From the NCBI GenBank assembly GCA_964016885.1, contig OZ024751.1, forward strand, positions 19,592,001-19,656,000: 64,000 nt of DNA, given 5' to 3'. Every line of letters begins with the position of its first letter. Within the stretch, counting starts at the first letter, position 1. This DNA comes from Eledone cirrhosa. Lineage: Eukaryota. The position numbers and the translations under genes were made by a program. Shown here piece after piece: positions 40,802-52,818 of this stretch. The notes beneath the pieces were generated by a model. It searched no databases. It was given only the letters and a program-made list of their open reading frames with translations, and was not told where the DNA came from.

Positions 40802-41684
40802 TGATTGGCAGATCATCTAGAGTGACACCTGAAAAAACTGGCTGTACGAGTTATGAGATAATATCTTATGATTATATCTTAAAGCTTCATATTTGAAATA
40901 CTTGGATGAAACAAAACATTTTACATATCCTGAGTCAGTTTTTTCCATTGCTTTGATCCCTGCAGCTGGCCTACCGGTCGCAATCTTCAATTTGCAAAGC
41001 TGTCTAAATGTAATGTTATTACTCTAAAGTAAAATACCTTATTGCTTAGCTGCACATTTCAATTGCATACCTTATTGCTTAGCTGCACATTTCGATTGCA
41101 TTCGTTAGCTTAGCTGCAGCCAGAGCTTCGATTAAGATGTACTTCCATTTGTATATATATATAGATAGATAGAGAGAAATTCTAGCTCATACCAATGCAG
41201 ATTTAGCTGGCCACCTACGAGATCATATCTCATAGGAGGTTTCTTGGGTGTTTTACTACGATGAACAAGGTGTAATGAAACATCCCGCTCAAGAACACAA
41301 CACACTATCTAGTCCAGAAATAAAACCCATGACCTAATGCTCCTGAGTCACATAGGCAGTGTCTTTCATTAGAAATACGGTAAAGAAAGGCTTAATTACG
41401 AATGTGGCAATGGAAGTGGGGTGGATCAATTAGAAATATTGTAATGAGAGGAGTAATTACGATTATGTTAATGAAAGGGTTAATTAGAAATCTGGTCCTG
41501 TTAATATTGTTTACAGGTAGCCTTGTGGGTTTTCTGCCAGATAATATTCACCTATTTTTAATAAAGGATGCATACAAGTTATTCCTGTAGAACAATTACA
41601 GAGGGTAAAGTGTTTCTGTGAGCTGTTGGAAGGAATGTCTTAGGTTTCACACATGGCTTCTATAAATGTTTATGTATAACATGG

Positions 41685-41724
<40 letters not shown>

Positions 41725-42515
41725 TATATATATATATATATATAAACAGGACCCCCCCCCCTCCAAGAAAAAATGTATACACACTTCAACTGCAAAGTAA
41801 TCAAAGTGTGTATATATTTTTGGGGGCCATCCTGTGTGTGTGTGTGATCATTTAACGGTCTTTTTCCCTTTTATTAGGGTTACTCTTTTACCTCTTCCAG
41901 CCATCCAGCTGAGGCCATGCTGGGGCACCGCCCTTGTTAATGAGTATCTAACATTTTTATTTATTCTTGGGGGGTGGAGGTGGGAAAGAGGTCTGTAACC
42001 CTCTACAGTTAATATAAATACATAATGGGGTGGAGCGCATTTTTACACACAAGCATACATGTGTCTATATGGGTATATATATATATATATATATATACCT
42101 AAAAGTATGATATATATATATATATATAATCTTAAATTGTATTAATATCTTGTATATAGATATGCTATGAGGCTGAATTCTGTACCCACTGAACAGCTAA
42201 TAGAGAGAGAGAGAGAGAGAAAGAAAGAGAGAGAGAGAGAGAGAGAGAATATACACACACATATACATAAGTATACATACACACACACATATATATATAA
42301 ATATATATATTACATCTACATGTCCATGCTAATATATATTGAGTTTACATAAAAAAGAAAAAAAAAAAACTGCAGCTGTCACTTGCAATCAAGTCAGAAC
42401 CATGCTTTTACTAAAGTTTTTAGAGTCCTATTCAGTTATGGGCAGAAACAGATCCCCTCTCGGGCTACCCTCCCTTGATCCAGAAGAATATCTAGGACGT
42501 GACAGCTAGAACAAG

Positions 42516-42798
42516 CAGAGATGTAACTAGGGAAAATAGCGCCTATGGCAAGCAGTGAAATTGTGCCCTTGCTTAGCACTGTCATTTTAACTATGGGCTT
42601 AATAATTTATATAAATGGTTTAATGATCCAGCCACCATAGTGTTTCTCAGACATGATAGTCAAAGACAGATTATACATCTGAAGAAGTTTCTTATTTTCA
42701 CTCTACGACGATAGCTTGTCTGATTTTAATAGAAAGTGCTCCTGGTCCAAGAGGCACTTATGGCACGTGTCAGGCTTGCCATACTCTAGTTACACCTC

Positions 42799-42800
<2 letters not shown>
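42516..42800. mobile_element. hAT-like MITE
   Basis: TIRs cagagatgtaactag / ctagttacacctctg. No TSD recognisable (right flank is (GA)n). Confidence 0.55.
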
Positions 42801-42864
<64 letters not shown>

Positions 42865-43131
42865 GTTGTATCAGCAATGGGCTGGCACATAATCAACCTT
42901 GGTGGAAGTATGACAGGCAAAAGTATGACCTCAGCAGGATTTGAACACTCAAAACGTAAAGACCAAGAACAAACACCAATCTGCTATCTGCAAGAAATTA
43001 AATAATAAAGCTACTAGTAAGATACTGTTGCAACCAAATGTGACTTATTTCTTATTACATCAACTTAATGTTCTGTACCACATGACATCCTTGAAAAGTA
43101 CAAAAACAGCACTGCGATTGCATCACATTAA

Positions 43132-43331
43132 CCCTTTAGCATTTAACCAGCTGTATCCGGCCAGAATTCTTACCTCTGTTCAAACAAGCCATGACCAGCT
43201 GCTCATATGTATGTTAAGGTATTGTTCTTAAAATATATAACAGATTCGATATGATTGAGATAATTATATGAGATAAAGTGTTTACTATGAAAATACAATA
43301 GTAAATATAGGGTTATGTAAATGCTAAAGGG
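43132..43331. mobile_element. piggyBac-type MITE, same family as 39621-39818, opposite orientation
   Basis: TTAA|CCCTTTAGCATTTA...TAAATGCTAAAGGG|TTAA; the adjacent duplicated unit (~43435-43500) shows the empty TTAA site. Confidence 0.8.
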
Positions 43332-44671
43332 TTAAATATTGAAGTCTACTCTAATACTGAAAATATTCACAAAGATCTGTCTACTAGTTAAGATACTATA
43401 AACATTTGAATTAAACCATATTAGCAAAACATTGTTGAAAAGTACAAAATAGCACAATGGCTGCATCACATTAAAAACTAAAGCTGTTACTCTAATACTG
43501 CAAATTTTAACAACAATCTGTCCACTTATAAGGACGCTACAAACATCTGGATTAAACCCATTTTTAGATATTTTCTGCCAAATCATTACAAAATGATAGA
43601 AGTTAACCTTTTAGATACCAGCCCACCTGAAACTTCCTCTCATTTTATGATACAAATCTGCTCCTTCTAAAGTGCTAAAAGGGTTATAAGTTTGATTGCC
43701 AGACCAGGCAGTGTGTTGTGTCTGTCAACAAGACTTTATTTCACATTGCTCCAGTTCACCAAGCTGGAAAAAAAATGAGCTGTGACATCACTGGTGCCAA
43801 GCTGTATTGTCCTTCGATAACATTGGTGGTGTAGAAAAGGAAGACTGGCATGCATAAGCAAGTGCTGGTCTTTCAGTGACCGAAGGAGGTCTTTATTTTT
43901 TTTTACATATACCAAAAACTTTTCATCTTAATTTTATGTAAACATTTTAAACATCAGCTTTAAAACTATAAAAAAAAAAAAAAATGTTAGTTCTTCTCCC
44001 ACTTATTCTTAGGAGGATCATGGAGGTAGGGCAAAATCCTCAAACACTCCTTCCTGTAGTTCAGGTCATATAAGCAACCATCTACAATCGATCCAGCTGA
44101 ATCTCAAAGCGGGGACCAGCCGAGCTCAGGGATATTACCTACCCATCTTGTTCAGCAAGGTTACCCCTGGTTCTCCTGCCACTTAGTTTTGCTCATAAAA
44201 TCTTTCCAGGGATTCTTTCCCCCAAGACATGTTATTTTATCTAAGTCTTAATTATTTTCAAAATTAATTGACGAAACAAATAAGCAGTGTATTCCATTAG
44301 AAATATCGTAATGAAAGGGCTTAAGGGAGATTTCTTTCATATAACTATATCATCCTTCTGGAATAATTTATTTTATGAGTCTAATAATAGAGGGGATGAT
44401 TCAAATCTCAAGAACTTTATCTTTTTTTCTCACCTATAGGAGAGGGGAGGGTAAGGTAGAAGGGATATAAAATGCTGAAGGGAAGGGTGTGGGCTCCCTT
44501 TAGTACCTGACTGTTCAGTATGGATTTGAAGTTAGATTACTTGATATGGTGGTGGTAGTGGGGGGATGAGGGTCAAGTGTAAATATCCAGGTGTAATAGG
44601 AAGTGTGAAGTAGGATAATACTACATATGCTATTTATACTTTATACAGGTAAAATTTACATATTGGTGATC

Positions 44672-44702
<31 letters not shown>

Positions 44703-44869
44703 AGTGTATTCTTTCATATCTCCAGGATGTTAGTTTCTGTAAATAACCAGGATCCAATGGAATTAATCTCAAGACCTCCCACCACCACATACTGCATTAA
44801 CATCACACCATACTACAAATAGCTTATTGGATGTAAGTAAATATTGAAGACTGTGTGTGTGTATATACA

Positions 44870-44902
44870 TGTACACATTCTCTGTGTATATAAAGCTATG
44901 AA

Positions 44903-44938
<36 letters not shown>

Positions 44939-45006
44939 TTTCTGAATATGTTTAGCAAGATTCTTTATCTGAAATCGTGGCAACATGACCCTCCCAAAGT
45001 ATAACA

Positions 45007-45037
<31 letters not shown>

Positions 45038-45107
45038 TACACGCATTAATTGCGTATATACAGCTATGAAGTGTATGTATGTATGTATGTATATATGCAA
45101 TTAATGC

Positions 45108-45141
<34 letters not shown>

Positions 45142-45377
45142 GCATTAATTGCGTATATACAGCTATGAAGTGTGTGTAAATATATATATATATACATGCA
45201 TTAATTACATTTATACCGCTATGAAGTGTGTATATATATACATACATGCATCAATTGCATATATACAGCTATGAAGTGCATATATATATATATGCATTAA
45301 TTGCATATATACAGGTATGAAGTATATATATCATATATATATACATACACACATTGTGTATATACAGCTATGAAGTG

Positions 45378-45408
<31 letters not shown>

Positions 45409-45433
45409 TAATTCCGTATATACAGCTATGAAG

Positions 45434-45472
<39 letters not shown>

Positions 45473-45510
45473 GCATTAATTCTGTATATACAGCTATGAA
45501 GTCTATATCT
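44870..45510. repeat. Compound minisatellite: ~30-bp core alternating with variable (TA)n
   Basis: Core gcattaattgcgtatatacagctatgaagt recurs about ten times. Confidence 0.85.
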
Positions 45511-45908
45511 ATATTTTTATATATATATGAAAAAGTATAACCCTGACGGCTATTTCCGGACTCGAAACGGCTTGAGCTCTGCCGTCGGGGTTATACTTTT
45601 TCCTATTACCCACTCTACTACCCTAAGTATTGAATACTCTGGTGCGTCATGGTCCATCTGGTTCCTTACCACACCTCCTTCGTTATATATATATATATAT
45701 ATATTCATGCATTAACTGTGTATATACATGAATGAAGTGTATGGACGTGTGTGTGTGTGTGTGTGCCTGCACGCTTTCCATAACTTTGGCAAGGTTTTCC
45801 TGGCTGGATGCCTTTCCTATCACCAACCATTTTACAGGGTGGACTGGGTGCATTCTTCATACCACCAACACTAGAGATCGTCTTACTAGACTCAAAGACT
45901 CCCCCCAC

Positions 45909-45942
<34 letters not shown>

Positions 45943-46892
45943 GACATCACCTACTTATATGAGGCCGGTCTCTCTCTTTACACATGATGTATGTATATGT
46001 AGATAAATGAATACTTTTACATAAGCATAAAGGCTTTAGATTCATTCATATATTGAGGTGAGGTGAGCAGATATGCTGGGATGAGAGAAGTAGACCATGT
46101 ATCTTCCCAAGGGCATTAGCTATATAAGTGAAAATAGATGGATGGTGAGTGCACACACAAGGTAGATATTATATCATCATATATATACATATATACATAT
46201 TAATCTGGGGGAAAGTAGCCAAAATAATTCCAGTAGGAGAGGAAAGAGAGAACTGGCTGATAGTGTAGAACATGATAAGTGGAAGAATATGGAAATGTAT
46301 AGTTGAGATTCATATATATACATACACACAAATGTGTATATATACGCATACATATTCACACCTATGTGTATACACACAAATGTGTGTGTATATAGATATA
46401 TACACATACATATATACAAATGTGTATACACACACATACATACAAATGTATATATATATACACACCTATATACAAATATGTATATATACACACACCTATA
46501 TACAAATATGTATATATACACACCTATATACAAATAGGTATATATATATACACACCTATATACATACAAATGTGTATACATACATACACACCTATATACA
46601 TACAAATGTGTATACATACATACGTGCATATATACACATACATACAAATGTTTATACATACATACGTGTATATATAGACATAGATACAAATATGTATATA
46701 TATACACACATATACATACAAATGTTTATATATATATATACGTGTGTGTGTGTGTGTAGTCCTATATGTAGTCCTATATGAGCGAGACAGTCACTCGACC
46801 AGCCTTGCCTCAAGTGGGACAACTCCCGTCTAACCCATGCTAGCGTGGAAGACGATGATGATGATATATATATATATATGTATATATATGTA

Positions 46893-47500
46893 TGTCAGGT
46901 CACCAGTTGGTGCTACTGGTAACATGTATCCCAGTACAACCTGTCTCATGGTCGGGTCGTTTGGCGACTAAACTGGCAACCCCACCAAGGTTTCTTGGTG
47001 AGGTGGGTGACTTTGGACATCCTGCAGGACTAAAAACAAAACCTGTCAAAGGGCAAAGGAGCTCGTAAGAGTCAATGGCCATCCAAAATCACCGGGAGAG
47101 ATGACCCCTTAGCCTTTGTCAAGGCAGAATTCTAGGAGAAGGAAAACTGATCTAACACCTGCAACCCTGATGGTATCCAATGATGTTGACTTGTTCTTCT
47201 TTTTGGTAAATATCATCTTGGTTAAGAGAGTGGGACTGGCTTTGTGCAGTGCCTTTGCTCACTATAAAAGCTTCAAGGCACAGGCATTGCTTTATATCTG
47301 GAGATCTCTCTGCACTTGTCATTACATGGTACCATGGGCCCAGCACTATGTGTCAGTAATTGTCACAAGTGTAGTGTTTGTACCAGAGTTTTCAAGTCAC
47401 TGGCTGGACTAAAAAGTCACACTCCTTCAGCACATCGGTAGGGGTTCTCCTACATGGATATAAAGTAGTGGCTGTACTCGAAAACGAGTTGGCAGCCACC
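46893..47500 (+). repeat. ~605-bp dispersed element, copy 1
   Basis: Highly similar inverted copy at 60960-61562 with the same ends (tgtcag.tcaccag ... gttggcagccacc followed by TA-rich repeats). Confidence 0.85.
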
Positions 47501-47539
47501 ATATATATATATATACATGCGCATGTATGTGTGTGTATA

Positions 47540-47638
47540 CAGGGTGTCCCCCAAAATTGTATACACACTTTAATTAGCTGTACAGGCAATATTTATTAGA
47601 ATGATGTTAAGTGTGTATACATTTTTTGAAACACCCTA
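47540..47638. mobile_element. Tc1/mariner-type MITE family (other copies 2624-2697 and 41747-41834)
   Basis: TA|CAGGGTGTCCC..AAAATTGTATACACACTT...AAGTGTGTATACATTTT..ACACCCT.|TA; ~30-bp imperfect TIRs. Confidence 0.75.
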
Positions 47639-47969
47639 TATATATATATAATATATATATACACACACACACACATACATGTATATTGAAGGTTAGTGCA
47701 TGTATGTGTGTGTAACCAAATTAAGTAGTGTGTGATGAACAAAGATCATTACACGAAAACAAAAAAAACACACACGTATACATATAGACAGCCAGGTAAA
47801 GCAAGTACATACAGACACATAGACAGACACAGACACACACACTCCAAATATAGGTAAAGTAAACAGGTAGACTCAAGAAAACAACAACAACAAAGACTGC
47901 ATGTATATATAAATAAAACTGTTGGTAATACAGGTTGGGTGGAAAGGGAGAGAAAATGGGTGAGTATGA

Positions 47970-48018
<49 letters not shown>

Positions 48019-48360
48019 TATATATAAATACACATGTATATATCATCGTCATAAACGGCGATGATATGTAGGAACACTATATTATATATATATTTTTTTC
48101 TTATATATATATATATATAAATATATATAATTTTTTAAATATGTAGGAAACAAAACATATTCATGTGTGAGTGTATAAACCTAGATACTTGTGCACACAC
48201 TATATATATATATTATATACACATACAAACACTGTGTGCATAGAAACGGGAGTACTCAATCCATGTGGTAGTGTGTTCTTTCGTTCAAAAGCTGACGATG
48301 ATTCACTCCATCGTTACTCAGATTTTCAACCTACCAGCAAACCATTTATTTCTCGTGTTT

Positions 48361-48402
48361 GTTGCCTGAAGGACCGCACATGGCGAAACACCAAGTAGCA
48401 AC
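48361..48402 (+). ncRNA. Degenerate minimal hammerhead motif
   Basis: gttgc-CTGAAGG-accgcacatggc-GAAA-c(accaa)g-T-A-gcaac; 5-bp stem I, one core deviation. Confidence 0.5.
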
Positions 48403-48821
48403 GGTGTGACTCAGCAGATTTTATATATACGTTAAATATTTTCTATCTTGGCGTTATAGTCACTTATCTATTATGAAATACTGTTGCCTTCTTGCTCACA
48501 TTAATTTCTCTATTTTCATCCTTACGGGGTCGATAAAATAAAGTACCAGCAATGCACTGAGGCACTGGGTAATTGCTGGCCTTGTGCCTAAAGTAGAAAC
48601 AATTAATTTCTCTATTTTCATTTATATATATACACACACAGGCGTATATATTCAAATACACATACACACATTCAATATCATCATTACACGCATGTATGAC
48701 TCCCTATCTGAAGCTGACTAGGATTGAACCGCAGACCAAGATCTCTATTGTATTAACCTACCACAAAGCCACGACTTCTACACACAAAAAAAATATAAAT
48801 ATATATAGATATACACACACA

Positions 48822-48854
<33 letters not shown>

Positions 48855-50979
48855 AACATGTGCTCAGTAAAGGAATCATTTGTTGACAGCTCACTGTGCT
48901 GTGTTGTATAGTTGACTAACTAGAAATTGTAGAGGATTTGTCGATTTACTTCTCACGTAGGCCACACCACATTTAGCGAGAAGGGACGGGGCAGGCGGGC
49001 ATTTAAAATATACATCTCCTCTCCTGTACTTGACTGTTAGTTATTTTAACGACCTCCTTTAGAAAATGTAAAATCGATCCCACATCACAGGATTTTGCAA
49101 CAAGATTTCTAAAAAGACGTTTATTTATAAAATACCGTAAAAGGTGTGTTTTTTAGTCCGGCACATGTTTTGCTAAGCAACGTTCTTTTTGTTTTGTTTT
49201 TTCAAATTCTATGAATGAATTATAAATAAATGGATTCTGATTTAGACACAAGGCTAACAATTCTCTTGTGGAAGGAGAAAGTCTATTAAATCGACCCCAG
49301 TGCGTTACTGGTACTTTTATTTTATCGACCTCGCAACATGAAAAGCAAAGCTAACCTCTCACATTACAGAAGCGGGTCAGCTTTGTTGGTTTTGCTAATA
49401 ATTGTTTCTACTTTAGGCACAAGGCCAGTGTATTACTGGTACTTTATTTTATCGACCCCGTAAGGATGAAAGGCAAGGGCTGTAACTCTATGCGTCAAAG
49501 CATGGCGTCCGACCCTCTACCGATACTGCCAATCCACCATAATAGCTTCTAATTTAAGTATAAGATCAGCAAATGTTTTCTCTTGAGGAGTTGTGTGGGC
49601 AGTATGTAAGGTTATATTGACCCAGGGAAGACGGAAAGGCAAATTGACCTCCATGGGATTTGAACTCAGTAAAGAGCTGTAACTTATCTGCCAATTATTA
49701 TCGAGAGTAGCGGATTGGAAGAATTGTTAGGGAGTCAGACAAAATGCCATTACTTTCTGAGTTCAAATCTCGATGAGGTCGACTTTGCCTTTCATACTTC
49801 CGGGGTTGATGAAATAAATGTAGTAGGGTCGATTTAATCGATCCCGTACATCCCCACCATAAAAATAAAATATAAAATTGCTGGCATTGTGACTAAATTA
49901 GAAACCAATATTGCTTATAATTGCAGTTATATTGATAGTCTGCAGTGCTGAAACCGAGGAGACCACTAATCATGGGACTACTTAATGCATGGGGAGATGC
50001 AGAATAGGTATAGAGATAGGTAAAATACGACGCGGCGCCAAACGATTTCAGCTAGCGTCTAGCCGAAACCGCGGTCGGGATTTTCCCTATCTTTATAATA
50101 TAATTGTAGTAGTAATTTAGTAATTCAAGCCATGGTGGAACTTAAATAGAGATGAGAAGGTCAGAATAAAACAAGGTTTGAAATTCAGACCTCAGGGAAT
50201 TGTGTTAAGTCATGTGATGAAATTGGTCACACCCTAGTAACAGTATCTAACACAAGGTCACGAAATCCTTTACCTAAATGTATTGTTTTTCTGAGTGCAT
50301 ATTCTATTGAAATTACATTTCCATACATATCTATTTATACATACATGCGTGTATATATATAACGCTACACGCTTTGCTGTTAAACTACTGTGTGTGTGTA
50401 AATTTGTTCTACCTCACTGTAGGTAATTTTTTTTATCATTACACCTGTCTCAGAGACGGGTGTTTTAGTTATTTATTTTTTATTTTAGGGGTAGTTTATC
50501 GATTTGGTGAAATTTCCGGCGATTCTGTTTTATATTTCGAACGAATATGGCCTTCAAAACGATCGTAAATTGCTTGTTTTCCGTGGTTCCCAACTAGAAA
50601 ACTCCACAACACTCGTTCAGAGACGGGTATTGTGATAAAAATTTACGACCATTGAAAATTGAAGAACGCATCTATGATGTCCAAAATAACAGCAGCAGCA
50701 TTTTAAAGATCTATTAACTATCCTAATATTATTACGACGGATTGAACCGGCTTCCGTACTTGATATGGTGAATTAATCGAAGGCAAAAGTCAAGATTGGT
50801 GCAATTTGAACTCAAAACGTAGAGTAAACGAAATTAAAACATATCAAGTGGTCGGACATTTAAAATCCGATCGATACTTTACCGAGCCTGCTAATCTGTT
50901 CCTAAAATCGATTAAAACAAAGCTGTAACATTTATAATAGTGGAGAAAATTGTTAAACCTTTGAATTAAATCTCAATTG

Positions 50980-51010
<31 letters not shown>

Positions 51011-52818
51011 AGTTGAAAGATGATTTAATAGTGACGCACCTACATAATCGTTCAAATTGCTTGTAACAAATAACCAATTCGCACTTAAATTACATCCTTG
51101 TGGGAGAAGAGAAAAATAAAATAAAAGATACGTTGGATGAAAACAAGACGAGGTGGTGGGTCGTGTTTTGGATGCCTTTTGATCATAGGTCTTCTCTATA
51201 TGAGCAGACCTGGGGTTAAACATTAAAATAAAAACTCGCATTTCTATTAATCAACCTTCCGAAATGTAACAGATTAAGTCGACTCCGGCGGAATTTGAAC
51301 CAGTACTAAAATGGACCGCAACTAGATACTACGGCAGTTGCTATAATAATTGTTTCTGATTTAGGTGCAAGGCCAACAATTTTGGAGGGGCTGAGGAAAG
51401 TCGATTATACCGACTACTGGATGTTACTGGTAAATGATTTGAATCAGAACGTAAAGAACCAGAATAAATACCGCAATGGCATTTTATCAGTTACACAAAC
51501 CAGTGGGATACAGGACACAGCCTTCGTTTTCAATCACTATTTGACTTGTCTTTCTTTACTTAAAATTTAACATCGCCCAGAAAAGTGATTTCGATTCAGA
51601 AATTTCAAGGGGCGTAAGTATGGATGCAAAAGTGTTTAATCCGGCACTAGTTATTGCCAAAATGATAATTAACATTTAATCATATATAATAACTGACAAA
51701 AAAATAAACAAAAATCATTAAATAATTAAAAATAAACAGCAGTTTTCTTCGAAAATCATTTTTTTTCAAATCTTTTTTAACCAAGAAAATATCTTCTAGT
51801 CATGAAAGACTTCCTGTTTTTCATATGACATCGTTGGATATATATACATATATATATACATACATACATACATACATACACATATATGCATATACATATA
51901 TATATACAGCTATTTGGCGGAGTTATCTGATGACAGTAATAATAAAAAATAAATATATATTCATATAAAAAATGGAACCAGCTACATACAAAATACAAAT
52001 TTACATAAATTCTTGGCGCCAGTGTTTGTATATATATATATTCATGTATAAGTTCACGTGTTTGCGTAGATGTATGGGTGCAAGTGTCTGTCTGTATGTG
52101 TTATAGTTTATATAGCCACAGAACAAAACAAAAAACAAATGAGGTATTCTTTTTTTCTCTAATTGGGTCCATTTTAGTTTATACAGAAAAATATAAAATG
52201 AAATGGATCCAGACATATGTTGAGGTACTTAAGTATGAAATGTCCGATTTTCTTACGTACTTTCAAATTGAAATCGGACATTTCATACTTAACGACCTAA
52301 TAAGATATATATACATAAATATTTATACATATACCTATACATATATAAACATACATATATCTATACCTATATAAACATACATATATACCTATACATATAT
52401 AAATATACATATATCTATATACATATATAATATACATGTACATATATATTTTGACAAAAGATGAGAAATATTTTTGGCGTTTTCTTTTTTTAAGGTATGG
52501 GTGTTGTTTTTTGATGCTTAATGATTTCGCTTTGTTTACATCATGACAAATCTTATAATCCTTGGAAATTTACAGGGGTTTGTTGAGGAAAAGGGCCAAA
52601 ATTGAAAAACATAATTCACAAGGGAAAGGAAAATAAAATAAGAGTTTTTTTTCTTTTCTTTTCTGTTCGCTTTAATTCGCTTCTATATATCCAAGGAAAA
52701 TAGAACATTATCATCATCATCATCATGAAGGACTTAAAACAGATCTTGAAAAATTGGTGTGTGTGTATATATAATATACATCTACATGCATGCGTGCGTG
52801 TTTTGATGGTGTCCATTT

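Noticed and set aside
46893-46990. HDV-like or twister ribozyme at the 5' end of the 605-bp element
   Set aside because: Hand-fitting failed (no P1.1 CC/GG register, wrong loop lengths); left only as a search suggestion.
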